Part shown: in pieces, positions 37,038 to 49,987 of the stretch
Layout: every line of letters starts with the position of its first letter
Numbering within the stretch: position 1 is the stretch's first letter
DNA from: Octopus vulgaris
Taxonomy: Eukaryota
NCBI GenBank assembly: GCA_951406725.2
Contig: OX597829.1
Span: 22,010,001-22,074,000, forward strand
Length of the DNA stretch: 64,000 bases
Direction: 5' to 3'
Position numbers and translations under genes: made by a program
The notes under the pieces: generated by a model
Told to the model about the DNA's origin: nothing
What the model saw: the letters and a program-made list of their open reading frames with translations, nothing else
Databases searched by the model: none

Positions 37038-37427
37038 ATTTCTTTATTTCCCAGGACGGGCTGACAAAGATAAGAAACAAACAACACATTGGGGACATAA
37101 AACACAAAAAAAAAAAGTATGATAAAAATGAGAGGGAGAAAATGCAAGGTGAAAGTGATGTTACCCGCCCCATCGGATAACATCACTTACCTGTCCTCTT
37201 CCCTATGTCCTCTTCTTAAAGTCTTTCGAAAATATATATAGTCCCTTTTTTTCACCCTGTACTGTTTTGCTAGTTCTTTTTTCTTGACCGGGTCTATTTC
37301 CTTTCTTACTCACAAAAAAAAACATTGTTCAGTTCGTTTTGAAGCTCTTTCACTTGTTTTCCCGTTAAAGGTACCTCCATGCACTCCTCCTCATCCCAAC
37401 TATCTGGCACCTAAAGTTCATAATTTG

Positions 37428-39230
37428 TTTCTTTATTGCCCACAAGGAGGGGGGGACAATACAAACACATGTGGGAACAGAACAAACTAGAAAAAACTAA
37501 AACATTATATAAAATGAATGATAATGAAAATAAGCTACATGTCCCAACTCCAAGCAGCATCACTTCCTTTTATCCTTTAAATTCTGTGTTTCTCAAAATG
37601 TCCATATTTTTAACCAGCTCTTCGTAATGTATGTTGTCTGGTATTACCTTTATGTCACAGTTTACCTTCCAACACTTATATCCAACCTTGTATTTCTCTA
37701 TCTCATTTTTTTTGTCTCTCTGCCAGCAAGACATATGAGTGCCATCCCTCAATGTTTGTCTTTTCCTCCATATTAACAATCATTGCATCCCTCCATTTTT
37801 TAATTTTGTTCGCTAGTTCCATGTCTACACCTTTACTCTTACTCTTACTCTTACTTGTTTCAGTCATTTGACTGCGGCCATGCTGGAGCACCGCCTTTTA
37901 ATCGAGCAACTCAACCCCGGGACTTATTCTTTTGTAAGCCCAGTACTTATTCTATCGGTCTCTTTTGCCGAACCGCTAAGTTACGGGGACGTAAACACAC
38001 CAGCATCAGTTGTCAAGCAGTGCTAGGGGGACAAACACAGACACACACACACATACATATATATCAAGCTACTTACCACACAGCCACTCCTGCGCCTATG
38101 TATATCATGCATGCATAACAATTTTCAGTAGGAGGGGAATTTGTAAGTTCTTGCATGTCTATGTCTCTATTTTTCTTTTGTTTTGTGTTGGAGGGAATGG
38201 GTGGGTTTGGCGTCTGCAGGAGGAGGGTGGTGTTGAGAAGGTATGGGTGGGGTGGGTGCAGGTTGGGGTTTCCATTCATTCTGTCCTTCTTTCTTTTCTT
38301 CCTTCTGCCACCTTCCATGGTTCATCGTTCATCTTTATTTCCTCTTCTACCTTCTCCAGTTCCTTCCCAGCTTCCTCCTGGCTTCTCTTATTCTGTGAAG
38401 GACAGTCCACTCTAATGTGGCCCTTTTGGCCACATTTGAAACATCGAGGGATTCTGCCCTCCATCAAGTCTCTCAACACAGCATCTCCTATAGACACATT
38501 TCTGCTATTTTTTTTTTGAGATTTTCAGTTGTCCTTTGTATGATTACATCTAATATTTGACCCTTCCAGTTTCTAGCTTCCGCTTTTGTGGCTTGGGGGA
38601 TGGTTGTTTCTTCTTCGTTTCCCAGAAGTACAGCCACCACTACCCAAGCCACATCTATTTCGGGTGGGATTCCATCCACCCTAACCTTAGAAGTCCTTCT
38701 GCCAACCACTCTTTCTATCCTCAGTGGGGTTACTGAGTGTTCCTTAGCCTTTCTTGCCATTTTAAGATGTACTTTTACAGTTCCATATCAGCTTCCTCTT
38801 GCAAGATATGCTATATCTTGCACACTGACCTCAATGCCTTTTCAATTGTTTCTGTAGATACATTTTTGATCCTCCTCTCTTCCACTGAATACACCTTGTA
38901 TACAATTGTTTTTCCTTCCATGTCTTTCAATAGTTCCTGGGGTGGTGTCACCACATTCCCTGTATACCATTTTCTTGTATTCTTTTAAATTTGTCAAGTC
39001 CACCACTTTTTTCATGACTTTTCTTCCTTAAGCATTCATCCATCTTTTGTACTGCTTGCACGAGCTCCTTCTTTGAAGAAAACAATTCAACCCCACTAAG
39101 GTCTGAATAAAACTCTCCTCAAATGTGGAGAGAAAGCACAAACAAACAAACTGCTGCAAAGCAGCACAAAACAATTGATAAATCTTCAACCAATCAGAAA
39201 ATCCTCAGAAAACACAAACACTATGAAAAT
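37428..39230 (-). mobile_element. L1/Tx1-like non-LTR element with ORF1 (CCHC knuckle) and no visible ORF2; interrupted by a family-A SINE (37830-38097)
   Basis: Frameshifted ORF with SKVRVDGIPPEID and RCFKCGQKGHIRVDC. 3' end CCTTGTGGGCAATAAAGAAA. Confidence 0.75.
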
Positions 39231-40229
39231 ATCACAGATGTTAAAATTATAATTGCGATATCAAAAAGTTCATAATTAAATAATGAAGTTAAATTGTGCT
39301 TATAATACCTTTTTAATCAACTTCGCTCTATGTTCGGCACTAACTTCTAAGAGTTCTATAACAGATCTAGTTGGTTTGGCAACCAGCATTTCAAAAATTG
39401 AAGTTTATCAAACATTTTAAAATTTGGCACAATAATGTGTATTTCCAAGCTAAAATGCTGGGGTTGTTTCACTTTTTCCAGAAAAATGTTTTTAAAAAGT
39501 TATAGAGGTTTAAAGTTTCATAATTTTCACCAAATCAGGAAACAGGATTTGGAAGCTGTCATTTTGTGCATGACAGCACATCTTGTCAACTGTAAACAAA
39601 GCAAATAAATTGGTGGAGTAATTAAAATGAAAAAAAATTATTCTTTTTTTTTCACTAAATCGTAATCTCCGATATTGAAAACATGTGAATCTGAAAAGAA
39701 ATTTGAGGCTAATGCAGTTTTGCACCTCTCCAGGAAAAATACATTTTTTTTTTTTTTTCATTTTTCAGGTCCTTACGTTTTTGATGTCAGAGATTATGCA
39801 TATGCAAAAAAAAATAAAATAAAGTGTTTTTGCAAGTTCCAAATTCTGAATTCCAGATGCTCCTGAAATATGTACCCATGAATATGAGGATAATCTTGTT
39901 TTAGCAAATTTCAAATTTTCAATGTCAGATACTGCTGAACTATACTTCCATGAACAAAACAATAATAGTTATTATTCTGCCTGCTCTGTTCAACAATAAT
40001 AGAACAAGTGGTGAGAAATATGTCTAGTGTGAAATTACCTGGAATTGAATATTGAAATGTGTCCAACATAATTCTTGAATTGTTAGTGTATTCTAGTATG
40101 CACCATACTATTCTAACTTATCCCACTGTGGAACAAGTTGGAAACTTTAGACTGGGGTCATAAAAACTGGATTCTTGTCAAGATTTTCTCTAAATTCTAG
40201 TGAACATGTTTTCTGACTTTGATGTACAC

Positions 40230-40604
40230 ATGCTCTGAAAGTATTGTTTCTAGAATAAGAATAATGTGAAGGAAGTTCAGAGAACCATTACCTCTGTTGG
40301 CAGCAAAAGAACTCTCTCTCAAAGTGAAAAGTAAATTGTATGATGCTTGTGTGAGAATGGCTATGTTACATGGCAGTGAGATATGGGCACTGACTGCAGA
40401 GGACATGTGTAGGCTGGAGAGGAATGAAGGTGGTATGCTTCATTGGATTTGCAACATCAGTGTGCATGACCAGCAAAGCACATCTCTGTTGAGAGAAAAG
40501 TTAGGCAGAAAAGGCATTAAATGTTGTATACAGGAGAAAAGAATGTGTTGGTTTAGACATATGAGTGAAGACAGCTGTATACAGAAGTGCCTGTCACTGA
40601 AAGT
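40230..40604 (+). mobile_element. RTE ORF C-terminal fragment (continues at 42064-42190)
   Basis: LSLKVKSKLYDACVRMAMLHGSEIW...KCLSLKV|DGTHGRGRPWKTWDEVV across the CR1 insertion. Confidence 0.88.
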
Positions 40605-42063
40605 TAGTTGGTTAGTTAGTTAATTTTTTGGCTCAAAAAGCAAAAAGCAAGGCCATGTAGGGGGACATGGAGTTATGTACAGGGTGGTGTTCATGTAAAG
40701 AGTTCAGGCCACTTGAGGTCAAGGGAGACTTTGAACAAAGCAGTCGTCCGCATCTTCACCATCTCGTCTGGCAGCTTGTTCCACGGATCCGCAACCCGGA
40801 CGGAGAAAGCCCCTCTTCTTCGATTGAGATGAAATCGTCGCAGATAGAGCTTTTCAGAATGACCCCGCAGCCGACGCTCTGGAGCAGGAGTGAAGAACAG
40901 CTCTTTCGAGAGGTTACACTTTCCACTTATGATGTTGTGAACGAGAATGAGATCACCACGGCGGCGGCGTTTTTCTAGAGAATAAAGGTCAAGCGTCTTC
41001 AGCCTTTCTTCATAAGACAAACTTTTGAGACCATGAACCATGCGGGTAGCCAGCTTCTGGACTCTTTCGAGATGCTGTATGTCTTTGAGGAGATAAGGAG
41101 AAGAGGCTTGAATCCCGTACTCTAATATGGGTCTCACCAGCATGACATAGAGCGGTAGGAATATGGCTGCTGCGAACATTCCAAATGACCGTCGAATCAA
41201 GAACAGAATTCCGCGTGCTTTATTGGCAGCATGGACGCACTGGGCCGAAGGCGTAAAGGAGGAATCCACCAAGATACCCAGGTCCTTTACCTGATCGGTC
41301 CTCTCCAGCAGCAGACGACCCGGCTCGAAATCAAGTTGAGTTGCAGGAGGAGAGCCAACAGGCAGATGACAGCACAGGTCCCATTCGTTAGACCACCTCC
41401 AAATTTGGTGGAGGCATCGACGAAAATCCTCTATATCACCGCGAGGAGCGACCAGTTTGACATCGGCGGCAAATAGAAGGGTGTGTTACGTGAGGTCGTC
41501 GGGCAAGTCATTTATGAAGACTAAGAACAATAAGGGCCCAAGCACTGAACCTTGAGGCACGCCACTGCTCGCACTGAAGACATCGGACCATGAACCATTA
41601 ACTTGGACTTGGAAGGAGCGATCTGAGAGGAAGGCACCGACCCATCGTACAATATCCGGATGGAAACTATATGCTTGAAGCTTGACAAGTAATAGGCGGT
41701 GGTTTACCGAGTCAAAAGCTTTGGCAAAGTCCAATAAAATGATGTCAACAGCATCACTATCATCAAGGATGCGTGTCACCAATTCTTCCATTACCAGTAA
41801 GTTGGTCAAGCATGATCTCAAGCCGTGTTGGGAATCAGAGATAGAGGGTGTGTTTTGGAGGTGGAGCATCATACTTTTCTTAAAGATGGTTTCGAACATC
41901 TTGCTGATTATTGATGTAAGGGAAACCGGTCGGTAGTTAAGCGGGTCTTCGCGGCTCCCTTTCTTGAAAATTGGGCAGATTATCGCTGTTCTCCAGTCCG
42001 CAGGTATAACACCCGTCGCCAATGACATATTGAATAGATGTGTTAAGGGCTTGCAGATGACCG
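40605..42063 (-). mobile_element. Young 5'-truncated CR1-clade LINE (RT, C-terminus, short 3' UTR, (CTAA)n tail)
   Basis: NYRPVSLTSIISK, LDFAKAFDSVNH, GVPQGSVLGPLLFLVFINDL, one stop then LFAADVKL (catalytic motif mutated), LERVQKLATR, SLEKRRRRGDLI, WNKLP. GC-rich with CpGs intact. Confidence 0.95.
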
Positions 42064-42534
42064 GGATGGTACCCATGGAAGAGGGAGACCCTGGAAGACA
42101 TGGGATGAAGTGGTGAGGAATGATGTTGGGACTCACGAAGGAAATGACAGTGAAATGAGATGTTTGGTAATATGAGGTTCTAGAGAAGACCCATCCACAA
42201 AATTGAGTGCTAGTTGTGTCCTATCCACATGTAACAATACACTTTTCACCCACTCTACTCTAAGAAACCGAACTACAACTCCTCTTCTAACTGCATCTTT
42301 TCCTCTTTGCATTTTCTCCTCATAAATTATGATTGTTTTCCAATCCCTTTTCTTGCCCTCATTGTCATGTTCACTGTACCACCGCTCCCCACACCCTATT
42401 TTTCTTACCAGGTTCTATGCTCATATTCTTGTTACTCGAAAGTTTACTCTAGCATTTCACTATCTCTCTTCAACTCTCTTCTCCACTTTTGCTATTTACT
42501 ACTCTCTATCTCTCTCTCTCTCTCTTGCCTTTGG

Positions 42535-42593
<59 letters not shown>

Positions 42594-42719
42594 ATTTGGT
42601 CACTCTCTCTCTCTGTAGCCATGTACATGCTGTTTAGCAAGGCACCTATTTCTACCTTGCAACTTCTCTGTTACATTCTAACCTTTCATCATTTGATACT
42701 GGATCACCTCTTCTAATGC

Positions 42720-44260
42720 CCCCTCTGTTGTGGTGAGACACCTGCTTCTGTCTCTCCGTCACACTCTAACCTTTGATCCCCTGTCACAAGTGCACTTCCT
42801 CAAATGCCTTGCCCCTCTCATAATTTCTTGTCTTGCAAGTTACTTGGTGACCCTGCCAGTGCTGGTGCCACATTAAAAGCATCCACACTGTAATATGGTT
42901 GGCATTTGGAAGGGCATCCAGCTGTAAAAATTATGCTAAAACTAACCTCATTTATGCTAGTGCCACATGAAAAGCACTGAGCCCACTCTGCAGCACAGTT
43001 GGTGTTAGGAAGTGAAATCTCGACCAAAACAGACACAGTAGCCTAAGGTAGTTTTTCTACTTGGTCAATTCGTGTCAACCATCCTACCCATGCATGCATG
43101 GAAGATGGGCATTAAACGATGATGGCAGCAGCAGCGGTGGTGGTGATGATGTACATCAGTCAAACAGACTATGTAAGACTTTGGCAGAGCTAGTATGTAA
43201 GACAATGCAGTTTGACACCAATGCTGTTACAGAAATTACCAAAGCAGAGATGGAAACAGCAGTTGACTGCCTTAGAAACTTTGATCCTGGATTTGTTCAT
43301 CATCATTATCATCATCATCGTCGTTTAGTGTCCGTTTTCCATGCTAGCATGGGTTGGACGGTTCTACTGGGGTCTGTGAATCCAGAAGGCTTCATCAGGC
43401 CCAGTCAAATCTGGCAGTGTTTCTACGGCTGGATGCCCTTCCTAACGCCAACCACTCCGTGAGTGTAGTGGGTGCTTTTTACATGCCACCCGCACAGGTG
43501 CCAGACAGAGCTGGCAAACGGCCACGAACGGATGGTGCTTTTTCTCCAGATTTATTCCCAAAGGTTTTTCATGGATATGTGTGGCAGCAAGTTGGCCAAG
43601 GTTTGAAACCAGAGTGTTCACTCTCTTTGATGAATTTCATCTACTCAAAACACTGAATTTTGAGGCACCAAAACTGACCATTACCCTTTCTTCTGTTTGG
43701 TGCAAATAGTTCTACTGGTGGAAGACTTAAAAAGACTAAGGCAAATGAGATGGCCAAAAGTTGAACTTGGGTCTCAGAAGTTCTTTAAGATGGCTGCCTT
43801 GGGAAGCAATTCTTAGTAGTGGGTATTAATGCCCACTACCATACCTTGACAAACATCATCATCATCATCATTTAACGTCTGTTTTCCATGCTGGTATGAG
43901 TTGGATGGTTTGACAGAAGCTGGTCAGCTGAAGTGCTATTCAGGTTCCATATCTGCTTTGGCATTGTTTCTACAGCTGAATGCCCTCCCTTATGTCAACC
44001 ATTTTACAGAATGTACTGGGTGCTTTTTATGTGGCACTGGCATGGGTGCTTTTCACATGGCACCAGCACTTACAAGCCTTCAAGATTAGGGGTGCTCAGC
44101 TGGAGAGGGTTGCAAGGGATAGACAAGCCTGTATTTAAGGGTAACTATGCTTTTACTTAGACAGACATGTCTTTTCAAGCACAGCAAACCCCCTGGAATC
44201 TCAGTCCCTTGTCAGCTCCTCTGTGAGTCCCGATGTTTGTAGATCCTTTCTCACCACTTC
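42720..44260. mobile_element. Three RTE-type 3' ends (42720-43130 +, 43298-43540 -, 43855-44260 -)
   Basis: GGAAGGGCATCCAGCTGTA core and (GAT)n/(CAT)n tails. Confidence 0.8.
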
Positions 44261-45627
44261 ATATTTATGAAATATGTTTTAACTAATCTTTTTTGACCCT
44301 AAAATATTTTAATGTTAGTTTTGTGGATACAAATCTCAACTAGTTTTCTACTTGTTATGTTAATTGATGAAAAGGTTTTAAAGCATTGGACAAAATGCCC
44401 TGTGGTATTTATTCTGACTGTTTATTTTCTGAGTTCAAACCCTGCTGCAGTCAACTTTACTTTTCATCCTTTTGAAGTTCGATAAAATGAAGTAGCAGTC
44501 AAATACTGAAGTTGATGTAATCATAACACTGATTCTGCCAAATTTCTGGGCTTATGTCTGTATTGGTTTCAAATTTCAGAACAGTGCCAGCAATTTTAGT
44601 GAAGTGGTTAAGTCAATTACATTGATTCCATAGTTATTTTATTGACCCTGAAAGGATGACAGGTAAAGTTGACCTTGGCAGAATTTGAACTCAGAATGTA
44701 AAGCTGGACAAAATGGTGCTAAGCTTTTAGCTGGTGTATTAATGATTCTGCCAGCTTGCTACCTTTCCTTATGTCTATATCAGAAACAATTAGTATTACC
44801 TCTGGACATTGGTAAAAATGAGTTTTTTTTACTTTTCTTCTTCTGCTGCACTGTTAGCTTTTGGTTTATAGCATTATCCAAAGATTTTCAAATTATTGGA
44901 ACTAATGTTTGTGTCAGGTAAAACTAATTTACAGGCTAACTTTATTCTGCTTAACTGACTTCCAGCCATCCAAAAGCAGAGAGGGAGAGACTTTTACTGA
45001 CATTTTTGGTATTTTCTTTATGGTTTGATTCATAATGGCAACTCAGCAAAGCCTGCCAAAGTAAAGAAGAAAAAAAAATCTGTGAACACATATCAGAAAA
45101 AAGCCAATATACCCGCTTTACAAAAATACATGTTTTAAAAATGGAAAAAAATCCATATTTCCCTATGAGAAAAATGCTTTTTGAGTGATTCTGATAACTT
45201 GTTTAGCAACATTAACAGTAATATTGATAATCAGATACAGACACAAATGAACAAGATGTCCATAGTTTCATCCAAACAAACTTTTAAGGGATAAAAAAAT
45301 ATAAGAAAAGAAAATAACAGAGTCCCAATCATCTCTGAAAGCTTTTAGGAAACTAGAAGGAAAGTCTAAACCCTGAGGTACACACAGTTTCACAATTATG
45401 TGAACTAAATACAAGGAACTGCTCAAGTCGTTCTATGTACTGGAAGCAACTTAACTAAAAAAAATCGAGGATGGATGAGGGATTATTGCAGTTTAATATG
45501 GATCACAGAAAAGATAGAAAGTAGATCAGAACTATTATAACTTTATGAATGACTGAAATTTCTCTGCCTGAATGACATATAGTCTTTCTTGGCTGAACCA
45601 ACTGAAGAGATACTAACGAGTGCTTTC

Positions 45628-45798
45628 AGTGGCTGTGTGGCAAGAAGCTTACTTCCCAACCACATGGTTCTGGGTTCAGTCCCACTGCATGGCACCTTAG
45701 GCAAGTATCTTCTACTACAGCCTTAGGCCAACCAAAGCCTTGTGAATGGATTTGGTAGATAGAAACTGAAAGAAGCCTGTTGTATATATGTATGTATG

Positions 45799-45857
<59 letters not shown>

Positions 45858-45891
45858 ATATATATGTATGTATGTATGTATGTGTGTGTGT

Positions 45892-45925
<34 letters not shown>

Positions 45926-46062
45926 CTGTGTTTGTCCCCCTCCCAACATTTGACAACCAATGCTGGTGCATTTATGTCCCTGTAACTTAGTAGTTTGGCA
46001 AAAAGAGACTGATAGAATAAGTGCTCCAGCATGACTGCAGTCAAATGACTGAAACAAGTAAA
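45628..46062 (+). mobile_element. Family-A SINE with expanded central microsatellite
   Basis: Head and tail match other copies, with a small 3' deletion. Confidence 0.9.
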
Positions 46063-46210
46063 AATATTTAAAAAATGAAATAATGTGGACATACATAGCC
46101 TTGCAGCTCTGAATTAACCATTAAGCAAAATAGCCACATGCTTAAGGCATCAGAAGTGGGGCACCATAGAAATGGCAGATGGTTTGCAGCACAAAAGAAA
46201 ACCACTTTAA

Positions 46211-46430
46211 CCCTTTAGTGTTCAGATTAATCTGTTAAATGTAATACTTTTTTCGCTCAAATTATTTTCAATTAATCATACATTATCTTACAGCTTTGAA
46301 GTTTCAATGGTGTGATAGTTTATTCTTAGAATGTCAATGTAGGTTAGGTGTGAGGGGTTAGATATGGCCAGTTTGAATGTAAACATGTAGGATATTTGGG
46401 CCAGATATGGCCGGCTTAAACACCAAAGGG
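46211..46430. mobile_element. piggyBac-type MITE (220 bp)
   Basis: TTAA|CCCTTTAGTGTT ... AACACCAAAGGG|TTAA. Confidence 0.9.
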
Positions 46431-46564
46431 TTAAACTTGCTCGAATAATATTCAAAATGAGTTATATGATTGGAAATATAATTTCAAAGTGTTCATAGAC
46501 AGGATCTGATCAAAGTCTTTGAAATTAAAAAAAAAAGAGAAGAAAGCTTTACAAATATAAGTGG

Positions 46565-46962
46565 AGGCACAGGAGTGGCTGCGTGGTAAGTAGCTTGCTT
46601 ACCAACCACATGGTTCCGGGTTCAGTCCCACTGCGTGGCATCTTGGGCAAGTGTCTTCTACTATAGCCTCGGGACGACCAAAGCCTTGTGAGTGGATTTG
46701 GTAGATGGAAACTGAAAGAAGCCCGTTGTATATATGTATATCTATATGTGTGTGTGTGTCTGTGTTTGTCCCCCCAACATCGCTTTATAACCGATGCTGG
46801 CGTGTTTACGTCCCCGTAACTTAGTGGTTCAGCAAAAGAGACTGATAGAATAAGTACTAGGCTTACAAAGAGTAAGTCCTGGGATCAATGTGCTCGACTA
46901 AAGGTGGTGCTCCAGCATGGCCACAGTCAAATGACTGAAACAATTAAAAGAGTAAAGAGAGT
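46565..46962 (+). mobile_element. Family-A SINE, full length, young
   Basis: Intact A/B-box-like head and many retained CpGs. Confidence 0.93.
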
Positions 46963-47050
46963 ATACAAAGATAAACATTATTTTCCAACTTATGTTTAGT
47001 TTTCTATAATTCTTGTAAAATAAAAATTTAGTTTGTAGTTTATCATTGCT

Positions 47051-48280
47051 TATATACAAAATACTATTTAAAAAATATAATTAAAACAAGAAATAATTAT
47101 AATTAAAACATAAAAAGCATAACCAGTGGTTTCACATCCATTGGTTTTGTCTATTTTGAGCAAACCATAACTGCAAGATTGGATTAAGACTCATAAAGGC
47201 CCTAAGTACTCTCTCACTCTGCCCAGGTAACCATGTACTTCTCTACAGCACAAGATCACCTCCTCCAATGCCCCCTCCCTTCTTAATAGATCTTTGTCTT
47301 GCAAGTTTACTTGGTGACCTTGCTAGTACTGGTACCATGTAAAAAGCATTCAGTCAACACTGTAAAGTGGTTGGCATTTGGAAGGGTATCCAGCTGTACA
47401 AAAACTATGCCAAAAACTGACCTCACCTGTACTTGCATTATATAAAAAGCACTCAGTCCACTTTGCAGGTGTTAGTGGTGTTAGGAAGGGCATCCAGCTG
47501 CAAAAGTCATACCAAAACTGACCTCACCTATGCTCACACCATGTAAAAAGTACTCAGTCCACTCTGCTGAATGGTTGGTGTTAGGAAGGGCATCCAGCCA
47601 TGAAAAACCATGATAAAACAGACACAGAAGTCTGGTGCAATCTTCTGCTTGGTCAGCTCCTGTCAAACCATCCATCCATCCATGCCAGCATGGAAAGCAG
47701 ACATTAAACATGAATGATAATGATGATGATGATGATGATGATGATGTAGGGGACACCCAAATCTTTTAAGTGCTTAGAACCTCTATGAGTCTTAATCCAA
47801 TCTTGCTCAAATGGCTGTGAAGCCACCAGTTGTTTTTTTTATGTTTTTACTACAATTATTTCTTGTTTTATTCTCTTATTTGTTTCAGTCATTTGACTGC
47901 GGCCATGCTGGAGCACCGCCTTTAGCCGAACAAATTGACTCCAGGACTTATTCTTTGTAAGCCTAGTACTTATTCCATTGGTCTCTTTTGCCGAACCGCT
48001 AAGTTACAGGGACATAAACACACCAACATCGGCTGTCAAGCAATAGTGGTGGGGGTGGGGCAAACACACACACATATACAACAGGCTTCTTTCAGTTTCC
48101 ATCTACCAAATTCACTCACAAGGCTTTGGTCAGCCTGAGGCTATAATAGAAGACAGTTGTCCAAGGTGTCATGCAGTTGGACTGAACCCGGAGCCATGTG
48201 GTTGGTAAGCAAGCTACCTATCACACAGCCACTTCTGCGCCAGCTTTAATTATATTTTTATAAATAGTATTTTGTATATA
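47051..48280. repeat. Long inverted repeat with nested RTE tail (47215-47745) and SINE (47870-48243)
   Basis: TATATACAAAATACTATTTA..GCAAGATTGGATTAAGACTCATA pairs with TATGAGTCTTAATCCAATCTTGC..TAAATAGTATTTTGTATATA. Confidence 0.8.
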
Positions 48281-48451
48281 TATATATATTTTGTGTTTAT
48301 TAATTTTTTTTTCAATTTGTCAATTGTGTAACAGTCACAACTTAGTCTCAGTTTTTACGGCTTCATTTCTTTAAATACCACAGATATTGTAACCTATATT
48401 GTTCTCAATGTTTAATGTATGTCAAGCCCTTTGTGGCTAAATGAAAGAATA

Positions 48452-48471
48452 TGCTGTTGTTGATGTTGTTG

Positions 48472-48503
<32 letters not shown>

Positions 48504-48870
48504 GGTTGTGGTGGTGGTGGTGGTGATGGTGGAGCTGCTGGAGCTGGTGGTGGTGGTGGTAGTGGTGGTGGTGCTGCTGGAGCTGGTGGTGATGGTGGGG
48601 TGGGGTGGTGGTTGTAGTGGTTTTGGTGGTGGTGGTGGTGGTGGTGCTGGTGGTGATGGTGGGGTGGGGTGGTGGTTGTAGTGGTTTTGGTGGTGGTGGT
48701 GGTGGTGGTGGTGGTGGTACTGCTGCTGCTGCTGCTGGAGGAGCTGGTGGTGATGGTGGGGTGGGGTGGTGGTGGTGGTGGTGCTGCTGCTGCTGCTGGA
48801 GCTGGTGGTGATGGTGGGGTGGTGGTGGTGGTTGTAGTGGTAGTTTTGGTGGTGATGGTGGTGGTGGAGG
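48452..48870. repeat. (GTT/GGT/GCT)n G-rich compound microsatellite with higher-order duplications
   Basis: GCTGGTGGTGATGGTGGGGT block recurs four times. Confidence 0.92.
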
Positions 48871-49397
48871 TGTGGCTGCTTCTGTCGTTACCTTGTTTAG
48901 TCATTCAATGTTGAGTTTTATTCCGACCATGTATGGCGTTGCTGCATTGTGTTTGAATTTATTTCTGATTTTTTTATGATGCTGATTACTTTTTAGAGTG
49001 TAAATGGAGTGATTGTATATATTTTTATACACTTCTGCCTTCATTATAATTAACTCCATAATTATTTTGTTTAATATATCAACTTCAGTGTCTGTGGTGA
49101 TGGAGGCTGTGCTGGTTGTGGAATTAATGAAAACCTTGGTTCTGTGTGTGTGTGTGTGTGTGTGTTTTTTTGTGTGTTACTGTTTTCTCGTCTTGATGAA
49201 ACTCATTGCGTTGTACATCTTTCATTACCATCATCATCATTGTCGTCATCATCATCATCATCATCATTATTATCATTTAAAGTCCATCTTCCATGGTGGC
49301 ATGGGTTGGACTGTTTGACAGGAGCTGGCAAGCCAGAGGACTATGCCGAGCTCCACTGTCTGTTTGGTATAGTTTCTTTTATAGCTGGATGCCCTTC

Positions 49398-49616
49398 CTA
49401 ACACAACTTTTTTTTTAATGTTCTCATTTTCTTCCTTGATGTGTGAACAGAATATAATGATAATAGAATATAATGAACTGAATATTTTGGAGCTGATCCA
49501 AGGAAAGATGGGGAGCTGTTTGTTAACTGGTTGTGGTTGCTGGACATGTAACTCAGAAAGTGATGTTGGTGAAAAAGTTGTACTTGAATTTCAACAATAT
49601 TGCTGACAGAAAATAC
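49398..49616 (-). CDS. Candidate exon of an unidentified gene (possibly terminal)
   Basis: Acceptor ATGCATTTTTCAG. Phase-0 frame open for 72 codons (VFSVSNIVEIQVQLFHQHHFLSYMSS...) and compatible with the exon at 49988-50091. Confidence 0.35.
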   Translation of the reverse strand, partial: VFSVSNIVEIQVQLFHQHHFLSYMSSNHNQLTNSSPSFLGSAPKYSVHYILLSLYSVHTSRKKMRTLKKKLC

Positions 49617-49987
49617 CTGAAAAATGCATTTTGTATACTAAATTAATAAATAAAAAATATGACTACATCAGTGTCTCACATATGTAAAGTAGTGAGTTGA
49701 AAAATTTCGAATTAAAAAGCAACAATTTCTTTTGTATTATATTTAAAATCTAAAAACAACCAACAAGGGAAATAACCTCAATAAGATCAGTTGATTTAAA
49801 TGCTTGAGCAATATAGATATTAGAACTTGGAGTGGATCTGGTGTCTAAAAACAGTCAACAGGCATGTTTTGGTTTTATTAGACCTCCACAGTGAAGTATG
49901 TTTAGCTCAGTTAGCAAAATTCAGAAGTGATCTGTATATATTTTATCTGTTCTAGTGATAGGTAAGCTGTTCATGTATATGAATTAC

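Noticed and set aside
37185-37260. Perfect CAG|GTAAGT minus-strand donor at 37190
   Set aside because: Lies in the arm of a hairpin inside a repeat-like 3' end; no acceptor or coherent frame.
39769-39970. Strong plus-strand acceptor (T-run..TTTTTCAG)
   Set aside because: Frames close quickly, there is no clear donor, and the surroundings look like a decayed DNA transposon.
48437-48914. Pro/Thr-rich extensin- or mucin-like ORF
   Set aside because: Trinucleotide microsatellite open in multiple frames.
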